64,000 nucleotides of DNA from Macrostomum hystrix (GCA_950097015.1 CATNEN010000003.1:9114001-9178000); one strand, 5' to 3'. Counted from the first letter of the stretch, positions 12,206-25,852 are shown. Translations and numbers: made by a program. Notes: a model not told the origin generated them from the sequence alone.

Positions 12206-13012
12206 TCATTAAAAGCGTTTTAAACTTATTCTGTTTGACTCCCAATCGACGTCACAACCAGGTAATATATACGTGCTTAGTAAATATGCCCAGCATCCTA
12301 CCGTTCTGTTTACCCAATCATCCCTAATCAGTTATTTTGCAGCACTAGCGTTTGTGGACAGATGGATTGCTCTGCGATGCAAAATCGTTGATTAGGAAGT
12401 AAAGTGCACTGATCAAATAAGCGAAGATATGACATAAGTTGTTAATTTGCACAAGCTCATCTATGCATCTCGATTTGCGCTTTCAAACTTCTATTGTTAG
12501 TCTGCAACTAAGTTAAATTACACTCTCTAATAGAAGCTGACTGCTTCTTAACGTAAAAAGTTAGATTTAACGTTATTTGCGCTTCGCTGTAAAGTCTCTG
12601 CAGTCGGTTAATAAATTAGCTGAAGCTATATCTAAATGCAAATAAGATGAGTCTCATCAAGATACAAGATATTGGCGTGGGTCTATTGTTTACAGTTTTA
12701 CACCCTCGTTAATATTCGTCCCGAAATAATCTAACTTAGATAAAACTTTTTTCGTTGTTTCGTTGCTGTTCATTTTTTGCTCTACGAAATATTCCTCGTT
12801 GACTATTTTTCAGAACGAAATCTGACGAAATCAGGAAAATCTTATCGACAGCCTGCAGATGACTGACCTTGGGGAAGCCTCTAAATAAGATTTTCGCCAC
12901 CTGTTGTCCAAACCAGTTCAATTCCGCACGGAGAATTTTAAAGCGCAAGTGTAATAGTAACAGCAGCTCAGCATCCAAATTCGCTTCTGGCTCCTGGGTG
13001 AGATGAGCTCAC

Positions 13013-13665
13013 TCAATTAAGTGCGATCACTTCCAAGTTATCACCAGAAGAAACGTACAGGCGGCAGCTTACTGCAGCTTCGATAATGAAGAGCGTAAAC
13101 AGCTGATTCCGCGTGAAAAGCTGGCAAGCGCTCCCAGAACCCACCCCACCAAGGCGCTCTGTCGGTGATGAAGTACCGGCTAGGTGTTTCGCTTCGAAGA
13201 GCAAAATTTCTGAAGTTCTTCAGGAATAAAACTCCATAGAGCCCTCTGTGAGAGACAGGCTCACTCGTTTCTCACCAGGTGTATCATGCTCCTCACAAAG
13301 AAAGCCGGCAGGGATGGGTGCTCTCCAATTATGCTCAGCATACTTTCTGATTCGACGGATTCCGGTAGGTGAGATGCGGATGGACTACTAAAGTAACTAC
13401 TACTGTGAGAGTAAAAAATCTTCAACAGGCTGCCTTTCGGGCGAGTTTCTTTTAGTCATTGAAACTCTTCTGATTCCTGCACTGGACCCCAATTCCAAGG
13501 GCTTTGACCCGCCGTAGCTGATTCAATGAACCTTAATTGATTGATGACTTACAACTGATAAATCCTCTCATAGAACTCCACCATGCCATGAAATTTCTGT
13601 AATTCGGTTGTGTTCTTGTGACTGACGAAACCTTTGATGGACCTCACCTTTTGTGGATCTGTGGC
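13013..13665 (-). mobile_element. Degenerate Ty3/Gypsy pol fragment (RT connection/RNase H)
   Basis: DPQKVRSIKGFVSHKNTTELQKFHGMVEFY, then broken RNase H-like remnants (RGLYGVLFLKNFRNF, TDRAP). Many stops and frameshifts. Confidence 0.65.
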
Positions 13666-13839
13666 GCTTTGGCCTAACAGTTTGAGTTGAGTCACACCGG
13701 CGAGTTGAGCGCCGTCGCGAGCGAAACCAGCGAGGCCGGCAACGTGGCGCTGCACGCCGAGCTTCTTCCATGCGAGTTCATCTGGGTCTTCCGAATGGCG
13801 CCGGAGACAATGAGGCTCACCTATACCGAGCCCCAGCTC

Positions 13840-14297
13840 TAACACAGGGCACACTTTGAGTCGGGACGCTGAACTGTCGCACTCTCAAGGCCGCCTGGCA
13901 GAGAAGTTTGCTGGCAAAGCTAGCGCTCGACCTCAGCTGTGACGTCATCGCACTTCAGGAGGTGTCTATCAGAGCCGAGCCTGGACTTCACTGTGAGGAC
14001 CTGGGCTCCAGTTGGGCACTCTGGTACACCTCAGCGGATCAACGAGGCCGTTGAGGAGTCGGAGCACTGATTGGCCCGAGACTGCAGGAGAGCTATCGCT
14101 GCTCTTCCTTGTCCCCCGGATGCTTCGGTTAGACGTCCGGCTTCGCGGCCGCGGAATGCTCGCCTGTTCTGTGTTTACGCGCCCCCTGCCACCCGCTCAG
14201 ATGAGGCTCAGAGCTTCTTCGAGCAACTATCTGCACGCGTGGAGGAAACGGCGCAGCGCGACATTGTAGTGGTCGTCCACGGAGACCTACACGCTTA
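13840..14297 (+). mobile_element. LINE apurinic endonuclease fragment (RTE/CR1-like), decayed
   Basis: GTLNCRTL ... DVIALQEV ... GVGALIGPRL ... CVYAP ... GDLHA motifs, with a stop and a frameshift. Confidence 0.8.
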
Positions 14298-14382
14298 ACA
14301 ATCAGCTCAGCTTCAATTTTTTAGCTCGCTTAAAAACCAGACTGGACCGATCTGATCTGTACCACCTTTTTCACCCATAACG

Positions 14383-14556
14383 ATGAGAAAATCAGGGCAG
14401 ATGTATACACACCTGTGTGAGCTTGTGGCTGCGTATTGTGTGCGAATGTGCTCAGGAGTCATTAAAATGGGCAGAATTGCCTCCTCGCTGGTTTCAGGTC
14501 TAGTGTCACCGAATGATGTGCCACGGCTCGCAGCCCTCCTGCAATTATTATTATTA
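14383..14556 (+). mobile_element. SINE family A, 3' half with (TTA)n tail
   Basis: ATGAGAAAATCAGGGCAGATGTA...GGCAGAATTGCCTCCTCGCTGG...CAGCCCTCCTGCAATTATTATTA. Confidence 0.85.
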
Positions 14557-17229
14557 TCTTTTTACTCTTCCTAAGTCGGGCTACATTACGAAAACTTGTT
14601 AACTATAACAAAACAGTCTGAAAGTGTGTCGGGTAAAACTCGTGTAATACAATAACACCCCTAACCGTGTGCATCGATCGAGAAATTAGCCAATCAAAAT
14701 ATTGGGTCCAGGTATAAGTGTCATGTTCTACTTAGTAATCATAGAATATAATACATCAGCGCAAAAAGTATTTTACTTTACATATAATAATAATATGATT
14801 TAGAACAGAGAATGATGCATATATCTTTTAGTAATACTTTACAGACAGAATTGTTATAATGAATAAAGTACAACTTATATCTATTACAAGAAAGAAACAC
14901 TTTAACATAGGATTAAAAAAACCCTTAAACATAAAAACTGTCTTACTCACACATATATTCAATGCTTAATGTTTAAATTTAGATAGGCCTACTTGTATAC
15001 AAAGCGTCATTTGCTTGAGCCAACCAGACAGTTAATTGTGATCATTATTTATTATTGGTCCTGGAATTATCGAATGTGGCATCGCTAGAATTCTGTGAAA
15101 AATTCTGTGAGGCCTAAAAGAAAATAACAACTAGCGAACTCTACTATGTCTAAGTCTATATAGCTAAAGTCAGACGTAAAATGTGCCACTGTCATTTTTG
15201 TGTAGGCCTAGTTGTAGCCTATAATTATTTGTGCTTTATAGTCTTATTTAATCGCAAGCTTAAGCCTTGTGATAAAATTTTTACTAGATCGGCCACTTAG
15301 ACTTTTTGAATTTTTCCACAAATTGCATGGACGTGCATTAAGAAAATTTGAAAATGCACCAGTCAAATATTCACAAAAGTGTCATTTCACCTATAGGACT
15401 GAACTGTACAATGCTGTGAAAAACTGAAATTTTGAAAATGGGCTGGGCTTGGGCATGTGTCTACAAAAATGAAAAATGTAACTTTTTTATTGGACACTTG
15501 GGCTAATTTTAAAGGTGAATTTGTTATTCATTGTGAAAGAAACTTTATATGAAAGGCCTAACTTGCAAAAAAGGCACTCTGATTTAGTAAATCATATGAA
15601 CACATATAGTCTCATCTAAAATAAAATTTAGTATAGGTTGTTTCACACTTATGTACCATCAATCAAATAAATTAGAAAGCCAATACATAATTTGAATTGT
15701 TTATTTTAGAGGGGGCCTACATGACATTAAGTTATTTCATGATAGGTAGATTTATATTGCAAATTAGCCTTTAGAAAGTCCAAGTGACAATCAAAAATTT
15801 TTAAATAGGCCCTAGGCAAGTCTATGAGTCATAAACTCATTAAATAGATTGTCAAATACTTTACTAGCTAGCCAGGTTCAGACAGTGATTTGAGAATTTC
15901 AAGCTGACCAAACATGATTTTTTGATTCAAAATATTGCTATACTACCATTTGCATTTACAATGTGCCATTGTCACCCAAAGAAACAATGTAATGTAAGTT
16001 TCATAAAATACAAGCAACAGCTATTACTGCCATATTGGATCTATGTAGAGCTGCTTATAATCCAATCATGAGGCTTGTGTGTGTAGGCCTAGCCTATAAT
16101 AATGGACAAGGCCTACAACTGCCTTTCAAACAGGCTATATGCTATAAATGATTGGTAGGCCTATATTTAATTGCAATGACTGCTAGAACGAGCTGACAGC
16201 AAAAAATCTGTCTGGCTAGCCCACTTGCTAGGTCCTAATATGTTAGGGCCTATCACTGATCTTATGTATCCTTAGCCTATAGCTTGCTTTTAGAAGTTTA
16301 TTAGGCAAGTTCTAGAAAATTGAGGCTGTCTTTGTTGCTCAGTTGTCTAGTTTCATTTTGCTTAGCTGCAAGTTGCTGAACCATTGGCTGGAGTTTTTGC
16401 ATATTTTCTGCAGTTTTATTTCCTAAATACAGATCAGACACAGTACAACATTCATTTGTAGCATGGAAAATTAAGGGTTTTGTATAGTTACATCTGTACC
16501 ATTGGTACTACTGTCAGCTGATAAGCTTGAAAGTAGGAGTTGCAGGCTGCAAATGCATAGCAAATTGCCATGGGCAGCTAGAATTATTGATAGCAATCAT
16601 AAGTTTTTGAAGGGCCTAGCAATTTTTGTGTATAGGCCTTATAATAATATCATCATAATGGATATAATTAAATGTAGCTAAATTAAAGAAAATATTTTTC
16701 AACTCTCACTGTCAATATTCTTTCAAGTTTTGAGCACCTTTCTCAGTTTTTTATCCAAAAGTAGAAAAACTAAAATTGATTATTTCCTAAGCTTTTTAAA
16801 TTTCAATTTCACCTAACATTCAAAATGTTCATCTAAAATATTATTGTGTTTGAATTTCTACCAACCAGGAAGTAATAAAAAACAGACAAAGGTAGGCTCC
16901 TTAGTGGCTTATCTAGGTAATATAGATGTGTATCTATGACCTTACCTATGTTATAAGCTATGACAGGCCCCAGCAATGCAATCAGACTGGCCAGGATTGT
17001 GTATATCATTCCCTCAAAGTATTTCTCCTCTGTGTGCATGTTCATTTGCCTGGCTTGGAAGCAGCAAAGGTAGTCTAATGTTGTCAGTTTCTGTATTTCT
17101 AATTTGATCACTATTCCTAGTTTTTTATGCAAGAAAGTGGCCACCCAGAGATGGCATATTCGATTTCAGGCTGCAAAGCAGCTCAGCCTTGTGGCATGCC
17201 ATTACTCCCCTGTAGTGCCGACTCTCCTC

Positions 17230-17600
17230 CAGCACAGCCACTGTCACTGTGCTGCCTGTCAAAAATAATGTTGACCACCATGATGCCCTGCTTATTAAAG
17301 AAACTTTTAAGTGCATATTCGGCGTCAGGTCATCTTTGGTCAAGCCAGACCATGTTGGACTGCTTGTCTTTTAATCCTTCCATCAGAATAAAATCTAACA
17401 TTCTTCACTGTCACAATGTCCAACACCATTCTTTGGCCATTTTGTTTGAACGACAGGCGCCAGATGAGCATGCACAGTCTTGGATCCAGCAGGTGCATGT
17501 CTTGAAGCGTCCCAGCTGCTCGTTCATGATAGCATGGGTGCCTCCATAGCTGACACCAAGCTCATAGGCAAGGAATCTCAGCATCACGCTGCAATCTAAA
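17230..17600 (-). mobile_element. Mariner-type transposase relic
   Basis: DCSVMLRFLAYELGVSYGGTHAIMNEQLGRFKTCTCWI fits the mariner HTH and WVP linker. It is followed by LDIVT, KQSNMVWL and IMVVNIIFD across frameshifts and stops. Confidence 0.72.
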
Positions 17601-17840
17601 CAGACTCTGAAATTTGGCACCTATCAAAGTATTCTAAAATATGAAAATATGTTCTTTGACATTTTTCCGACAAACTGCATATTAAACTATTTCAGCAGTC
17701 ATTATAACTGTTTAGAGGAACGTCATGTCATTTGACCAGCATTAGATAGCTACTAAATAAACAATCATATTATTTAAACAAGAAAAGCGAATAAAAAAAG
17801 CTACTGGCTAGTACTGACAGTAAAATAAAATCCACCCAAA

Positions 17841-20800
17841 ATGTCCGACAATAGAATTGGCAGCGGTGGCGGCTCGAGGCCTCGTTTTGTTTTACCATTG
17901 ACTGCCTCTAATCAGCAGCGTCCTATCGGGGGCCCACAGTCTGGCTCACCGATGGGCCAGGCGTTGCAATCGCAGCCAGGTCTACCCGGCTTGCCGCCTG
18001 TTGGCCAGTTGAAACTGCCCGACCAAACTGAGCGCCAATTCTGTGTAGATGATCTGGAGGATCTGGGCGAAATTGGTCGTGGAGCATTTGGCTCTGTTAA
18101 TCGGATGCGTTTCAAACCAACTGGGGTCGTGCTTGCCGTTAAAAGAATCCGGTCCACTGTTGACCAGAAGCAGCAGAGAAATATGCTGCTGGAATTGAAT
18201 GTCGTTATCGATTGCCAGTGTCCGTTTATTGCCAGGTAACTCTTGCGATTGCCTGTACGAACTAATTACTTGTAGAGATGAAGACAGTAAGGTTAGAGTA
18301 GTAGATAGAAACGTGTAGAGAAGTAGACGGAGAGACACGTTTGTGTCTGAGCGGCTAACGCTTTTGCCTCTCGCTGATGAGAAAGCCAGTACAGATGTAC
18401 ACACCTGTGAGAGCTTTGACCTGTGTACGGTATCTGTGTGCGTGTGTTCTCAGGAGTCAGCGAAATAGGCGGAATCACCTCGAAAGAAGTAGACTGTAAA
18501 GATTAAATAAATTAGAAAGTTAATCTTTAATGTTTAACAGCCACGCTTAACAAAACAATCTATCACCTGCGCAGATCATACGGCGCCCTATTTAAAGAAG
18601 GCGACTGTTGGATCTGCATGGAACTGATGGACACCAGTTTAGACAAGCTCTACAAAGTGGTTTATCATCATCTGAATGAGGCCATACCCGAAGTTGTCAT
18701 CGCACAGGTGTCGCTAGCTACTGTTAAAGCTCTTAATTATCTAAAGGAGAAACTGAAAATGATGCACAGGTGAGTATTAAATACATTAAATGAAAACTTA
18801 ATTGCATAACTTTATACCATATCGAACTTAAAATTCCATAATTTTTCCCTAGGTTCCATAATCCCTACTCAAACTATAAAACCCTAATCCCCTAATCAAG
18901 CTACCAATTGACCCTAATCACCTACTCAAACTAAACAATTTTCCTGTATTCAAACTAGACCCTAATCCCCTACTAAAATAACCCTAATCCCTATTCTAAC
19001 TAAACCATAATCCCCTACTCAGACTAAACTCTAATCCCCTACTCAAACAACCCTGATCCCCTACTCAAACTAAACCCTAATCCCCTACTCAAACTAAACC
19101 CTAATCCCCTACTCAAACTAAACCCTAATCCCCTACTCAAACAATTTTTTCCTATATTCAAACTAGACCCTAATCACCTACTCAAACGAAACTCTAATCC
19201 CCTAATAAAATACCAATAATCTATACTCAAACTAAACCCTAATCTCCTACTCAAACTAAACCCTAATCTCCTACTCAAACTAAACCCTAATCTCCTACTC
19301 AAACTAAACTCTAATCCCCTACTAAAATAACCGTAATCCCTACTCAAACAAAAACATTTTCCTATATTCAAACTAGACCCTAATCACCTACTCAAACAAG
19401 ACTCTAATCCCCATCTCAAACTAAACCATTATCCCTACTCAAACAAAACTCTAATCTCCAACTCAAACTAAACCATTATCCCTACTCAAACAAAACTCTA
19501 ATCCCCATCTCAAACTAAACCATTATCCCTACTCAAACAAAACTCTAATCTCCAACTCAAACTAAACCATTATCCCTACTCAAACAAGACTCTAATCCCC
19601 ATCTCAAACTAAACCATTATCCCTACTCAAACAAAACTCTAATCTCCAACTCAAACTAAACCATTATCCCTACTCAAACAAAACTCTAATCCCCAACTCA
19701 AACTAAACCATTATCCCTACTCAAACTAAAACCTCCAGCATATCTAATTATCCCCCCTCAGAGACGTGAAGCCCAGCAACATTCTGGCTGACAGATCTGG
19801 CCGAGTGAAGCTGTGCGACTTTGGCATCGCCGGCAAACTAGTTGACAGCATCGCTAAGACACGCGACGCCGGCTGCCGGCCCTACATGGCCCCGGAGCGC
19901 ATCGATTATCAGCGCCTTGGCGAGGGCTACGATGTTCGCAGCGACGTCTGGTCTCTGGGCATCTCCCTGTACGAGTTGTGCACAGGAAAATTTCCCTACA
20001 AACAGTGGGGCACCATGTTTGAGCAGTTGGAACAGGTGATTGCGGTCTTGATTGGGGTTTTTGAGTTTTGAATATCTATATTCTATATAAATTCGTGATA
20101 TAGTAGATTTTTATCCCAATTTGATTCGAGATCCCGAGTTTAAATTATAGATCCCCATTTTTATTAGTGATCCCCATTTTTATTAGTATACCCATTTTTA
20201 TTAATGATCCCCATTTTTATTAGTGATCCCCATTTTTATTAATGATCCCCATTTTTATTCTAGATGCAACTGTAAGATTCTAGATCCCACTGTGAGATTC
20301 TAGATCCCACTTTGAGATTCTAGATCCCACTATGAGATTCTAGATCCAACTGTGAGATTCTAGATTCAACTGTGAGATTCTAGATCCAACTGTGAGATTC
20401 TAGATCCAACTGTGAGATTCTAGATCCCACTGTGAGATTCTAGATCCCACTGTGAGATTCTAGATCCAACTGTGAGATTCTAGATCTAACTGTGAGATTC
20501 TAGATCCAACTGTGAGATTCTAGATCCAACTGTGAGATTCTAGATCCAACTGTGAGATTCTAGATCCAACTGTGAGATTCTAGATCCAACTTTGAGATTC
20601 TAGATCCCACTGTGAGATTCTAGATCCCACTGTGAGGTTCTAGATCCAACTGTGAGATTCTAGATCCAACTGTGAGATTCTAGATCCAACTGTGAGATTC
20701 TAGATCCAACTGTGAGATTCTAGATCCAACTGTGAGATTCTAGATCCCACTGTGAGATTCTAGATCCCACTATGAGATTCTAGATCCAACTGTGAGATTC

Positions 20801-22853
20801 TAGATCCCACTGTGAGATTCTAGATCCAACTGTGAGAATCTAGATCCCACTTTGAGAATCTAGATCCCACTGTGAGATTCTAGATCCCACTTTGAGATTC
20901 TAGATCCCACTATGAGATTCTAGATCCAACTGTGAGATTCTAGATCCCACTGTGAGATTCTAGATCCCACTATGAGATTCTAGATCCAACTGTGAGATTC
21001 TAGATCCCACTGTGAGATTCTAGATCCAACTGTGAGAATCTAGATCCCACTTTGAGAATCTAGATCCCACTGTGAGATTCTAGATCCCACTTTGAGATTC
21101 TAGATCCCACTATGAGATTCTAGATCCAACTGTGAGATTCTAGATTCAACTGTGAGATTCTAGATCCAACTGTGAGATTCTAGATCCAACTGTGAGATTC
21201 TAGATCCAACTGTGAGATTCTAGATCCCACTGTGAGATTCTAGATCCCACTGTGAGATTCTAGATCCAACTGTGAGATTCTAGATCTAACTGTGAGATTC
21301 TAGATCCAACTGTGAGATTCTAGATTCAACTGTGAGATTCTAGATCCAACTGTGAGATTCTAGATCCAACTGTGAGATTCTAGATCCAACTGTGAGATTC
21401 TAGATCCAACTGTGAGATTCTAGATCCCACTGTGAGATTCTATATCCAACTGTGAGATTCTAGATCCAACTGTGAGATTCTAGATCCCACTGTGAGATTC
21501 TAGATCCCACTATGAGATTCTAGATCCAACTGTGAGATTCTAGATCCCACTGTGAGATTCTAGATCCAACTGTGAGAATCTAGATCCCACTTTGAGAATC
21601 TAGATCCCACTGTGAGATTCTAGATCCCACTTTGAGATTCTAGATCCCACTATGAGATTCTAGATCCAACTGTGAGATTCTAGATCCCACTGTGAGATTC
21701 TAGATCCCACTATGAGATTCTAGATCCAACTGTGAGATTCTAGATCCCACTGTGAGATTCTAGATCCAACTGTGAGAATCTAGATCCCACTTTGAGAATC
21801 TAGATCCCACTGTGAGATTCTAGATCCCACTTTGAGATTCTAGATCCCACTATGAGATTCTAGATCCAACTGTGAGATTCTAGATTCAACTGTGAGATTC
21901 TAGATCCAACTGTGAGATTCTAGATCCAACTGTGAGATTCTAGATCCAACTGTGAGATTCTAGATCCCACTGTGAGATTCTAGATCCCACTGTGAGATTC
22001 TAGATCCAACTGTGAGATTCTAGATCTAACTGTGAGATTCTAGATCCAACTGTGAGATTCTAGATTCAACTGTGAGATTCTAGATCCAACTGTGAGATTC
22101 TAGATCCAACTGTGAGATTCTAGATCCAACTGTGAGATTCTAGATCCAACTGTGAGATTCTAGATCCCACTGTGAGATTCTAGATCCCACTGTGAGATTC
22201 TAGATCTAACTGTGAGATTCTAGATCCAACTGTGAGATTCTAGATTCAACTGTGAGATTCTAGATCCAACTGTGAGATTCTAGATCCAACTGTGAGAATC
22301 TAGATGCCACTGTGAGATTCTAGATCCAACTGTGAGATTCTAGATTCAACTGTGAGATTCTAGATCCAACTGTGAGATTCTAGATCCAACTGTGAGATTC
22401 TAGATCCCACTGTGAGATTCTAGATCCAACTGTGAGATTCTAGATCCAACTGTGAGATTCTAGATCCAACTGGGAGATTCTAGATCCAACCGTGAGATTC
22501 TAAATCCCAAATTACTTGATACGAAATCAGAATTTTTCGATATCCCGATTTCAATTTCCCAAATCCCTTTATAATTCAAGGTATGTTTCCCCTTTTTCCC
22601 TTGCCAGGTTGTGAAAAGTGATCCCCCGCGTCTGTTAGACGGTCGCTTTTCCGACGACGCCAGAGGTTTTGTCAATCTCTGCCTAACTAAAGACGTTAAA
22701 AAGCGACCGAAATATCATTCCCTATTGGAGCAGCCTTTTCTTAAACAATGCGCCGCGGACTCGGTAGATATCGCTGACTACTTTGCTAGCGTGCTTGATC
22801 GATGGCCGGATGAAGCCAGATTGAACGAACTATTAGCTGCTGTGCACGTTTAA
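17841..22853 (+). CDS. MAP2K4: MAP kinase kinase 4 (JNK/p38 activator), 369 aa
   Basis: Exons 17841-18235, 18575-18769, 19762-20035 and 22608-22853, with consistent phases. Motifs GRGAFG, AVKRIR, YGALFKEGDCWICMELM, HRDVKPSNIL, DFG. The activation loop SIAKT-RDAGCRPYMAPERI is MKK4-type. Confidence 0.95.
18340..18482 (+). mobile_element. SINE family A, internally deleted copy in MKK4 intron 1
   Basis: Head remnant CTAACGCTTTTGCCTCTCG joined directly to ATGAGAAAG...CAGATGTACACACCTGTG...CAGGAGTCAGCGAAATAGGC. Confidence 0.75.
18860..19730. repeat. Telomere-like ~24-bp minisatellite (AACTAAACCCTAATCCCCTACTCA)n in MKK4 intron 2
   Basis: Units contain CCCTAA; the 3' part has shifted to a 47-bp dimeric unit. 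Confidence 0.9.
20255..22500. repeat. 20-bp minisatellite (TAGATCC[A/C]ACTGTGAGATTC)n, ~112 copies, in MKK4 intron 3
   Basis: In phase over 2.2 kb; preceded by a short ATCCCCATTTTTATTA repeat at ~20150-20258. Confidence 0.98.
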
Positions 22854-22959
22854 TGGTGCGCGTCTCTTCTTTTTTAATAGTTTTTTTAATTACATTTTTG
22901 TAATTTCCTGTCTTATCTAAAAACATTTGATACTTTTTTGTCCAGAACTTATCAGCTGC

Positions 22960-23577
22960 ATTCCGATTGATTATGGGCTCATTATCTGTCTTCCGATTGG
23001 CTCGGATCTAATAAACTTTCTTGTAATAAATTCTGAACTCAATAACAAATGTCCTCTGATTGGTTCTGAACTCATTAACTGTCCTCTGATTGGTTCTGAA
23101 CTCAATAACTGTCCTCTGATTGGTTCTGAACTCATTAACTGTTCTCTGATTGGTTCTGAACTCATTAACTGTCCTCTGATTGGTTCTGAACTCATTAACT
23201 GTCCTCTGATTGGTTCTGAACTCATTAACTGTCCTCTGATTGGTTCTGAACTCATTAACTGTCCTCTGATTGGTTCTGAACTCATTAACTGTCCTCTGAT
23301 TGGTTCTGACATCATTAAATGTCCTCTGATTGGTTCTGAACTCATTAACTGTCCTCTGATTGGTTCTGACATCATTAAATGTCCTCTGATTGGTTCTGAA
23401 CTCATTAACTGTCCTCTGATTCGTTCTGAACTTATTAACTGTCCTCTGATTGGTTCTGAGCTCTTTAAATGTCTTGTGATAGGTTCTAGACTCATTTACA
23501 GTATTTTGATTGGTTCCAGACTGGTTCACTGTCCTCTGATTGGTTCTGAACTCATTAACTGTCTTCTGATTGGTTTT
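22960..23577. repeat. 30-bp minisatellite (CTCATTAACTGTCCTCTGATTGGTTCTGAA)n downstream of the MKK4 stop
   Basis: About 20 units with degenerate ends. Confidence 0.97.
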
Positions 23578-23899
23578 TAACTGATTTTATTTATTATAAT
23601 TGGTTAATACAAAGTAAGCATTATTTTTTAACTGCCTCGTCTGGAAACTTAACGACCACTGTTGATTTCTTTGAAGCTATATTTATTCAGACTTTATATT
23701 GTCGTTCATTTCAATTGTTTTTGCTTAATTAATCTCCGTACTTTTTTTTAAATCTACATAGAATCTGGTCGAGTCGCTTACAGTTTTTCAATGAGATCAT
23801 AATTTTAAACCTCTTAGATTTGAACTTTTTGTTTTCAAATTAATCGTGTACTTTTATTTTCTGAGTTTTTTTAGCACAAATTCTGTTTTTTTATGACGC

Positions 23900-24340
23900 T
23901 TTGTGTCTGTTTGTTGATTCTGTGGGTTTGTTTGTCATTTCTGTCGGTCTGTGTGTCATCTCTACATGTCTCTTTGTCATTTCTGTCGTTCTGTTTGTCA
24001 TTTCTGTCAGCCTGTTTGTCATTTCTGTCGGTCTGTGTGTCATCTCTACATGTCTCTGTCATTTCTGTCGTTTTGTTTGTCATTTCTGTCAGCCTGTTTT
24101 CATTTCTGTCGGTCTGTTTGTCATTTCTGTCGGTCTGTTGGTCATTTCTGTCGTTCTGTTTGTCATCCCTGTCGGTCTGTTTGTCATTTCTGTCAGTCTG
24201 TTTGTCATTTCTGTCAGTCTGTTTGTCATTTCAGTTTCTGTTTTATCATCTCTGCCCTTAAGTGTCTGTTGGTCGTTGTGGGTGTGTACATGTGTGAGAT
24301 TGTGTACTTTTATGCTAATTAGAGCTCAGAATTTTTTTCA
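23900..24340. repeat. 21-bp minisatellite (GTCGGTCTGTTTGTCATTTCT)n plus conserved 3' flank
   Basis: Same unit and same downstream flank as 26375-26800. Confidence 0.9.
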
Positions 24341-24807
24341 TTTTAGCATGCTTATATATTTTTGCTTTGTTATGGCTCAAGATTAATTTTCAAGATCCTA
24401 TTTAAATGTTTCTCTGTCTGTGATTATCCCTTACTAATTTTGCATCATATATTGTTATTTGTAAGTTAGATCTCTAAGTATTCGTATTTCATCCGCTATA
24501 GTGTACTATTTTTCAGTTTATATGGAGTATTAAAAGCAAATATATTAATTATTTACATACTTATACTTAAATATTTAACTAAACATTGTGTGCGTTTTGA
24601 TGTTTGAAGTTAAACTCGTTTATTGATATTTTTTATCCTGCATATCTCACTTTTAATTACCTCGTATAGGTCATGTTTTCTGCTGCACTGTTTTAAAAGT
24701 TTATAATTTCCTTATCTAAAATATGTGCTTTTCATTTGTGTTTCCCGTTAACTATTTCTCACCACCAATTGGTTAATATCTTGCTTTAATTGTTTGTTAA
24801 TTCTAAC

Positions 24808-25852
24808 TTTAGACTCAGTCTCTTCTCTTCCCTACCATTTCTCCCCCTCAGACTCTTCCCTACCATTTCTCCCCCTCAGACTCTTCCCTACCATTTCTCA
24901 TCCTCAGACTCTTCCCTACCATTTCTCCCCCTCAGACTCTTCCCTACCATTTCTCATCCTCAGACTCTTCCCTACCATTTCTCCCCCTCAGACTCTTCCC
25001 TACCATTTCTCCCCCTCAGACTCTTCCCTACCATTTCTCACCCTCAGACTCTTCCCTACCATTTCTCCCCCTCAGACATTCCCTACCATTTCTCATCCTC
25101 AGACTCTTCCCTACCATTTCTCCCCCTCAGACTCTTCCCTACCATTTCTCCCCCTCAGACTCTTCCCTACCATTTCTCCCCCTCAGACTCTTCCCTACCA
25201 TTTCTCATCCTCAGACTCTTCCCTACCATTTCTCCCCCTCAGACTCTTCCCTACCATTTCTCCCCCTCAGACTCTTCCCTACCATTTCTCACCCTCAGAC
25301 TCTTCCCTACCATTTCTCACCCTCAGACTCTTCCCTATCATTTCTCCCCCTCAGACTCTTCCCTATCATTTCTTCCCCTCAGACTCTTCCCTACCATTTC
25401 TCACCCTCAGACTCTTCCCTATCATTTCTCCCCCTCAGACTCTTCCCTATCATTTCTTCCCCTCAGACTCTTCCCTACCATTTCTCCCCCTCAGACTCTT
25501 CCCTATCATTTCTCCCCCTCAGACTCTTCCCTACCATTTCTCACCCTCAGACTCTTCCCTACCATTTCTCACCCTCAGACTCTTCCCTACCATTTCTCAC
25601 CCTCAGACTCTTCCCTACCATTTCTCCCCCTCAGACTCTTCCCTACCATTTCTCATCCTCAGACTCTTCCCTACCATTTCTCCCCCTCAGACTCTTCCCT
25701 ACCATTTCTCACCCTCAGACTCTTCCCTACCATTTCTCCCCCTCTCTCAATTACCTACCATTTCTCACCCCAGACTCTTCCCTACAATTTCTCCCCCTCT
25801 CTCAATTACCTACCATTTCTCACCCTCAGACTCTTCCCTACCATTTCTCCCC
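24808..25852. repeat. 28-bp pyrimidine-rich minisatellite (CAGACTCTTCCCTACCATTTCTCCCCCT)n
   Basis: About 36 units; source of the spurious 366 and 414 aa ORFs. Confidence 0.97.

Noticed and set aside
14600-17100. Gene or element in the AT-rich stretch with frequent AGGCCT
   Set aside because: No recognisable ORF, terminal repeats or splice chain could be supported.
18370-18395. Hammerhead ribozyme core (CTGATGA...GAAA) in a SINE copy, also at ~5979
   Set aside because: There is no stem II between CTGATGA and GAAA and no stem I/III pairing with an NUH site; the motif is not conserved in other copies.
18860-19730. True interstitial telomere or chromosome fusion site
   Set aside because: No pure (CCCTAA)n run; the hexamer is embedded in a 24-bp unit within an intron.
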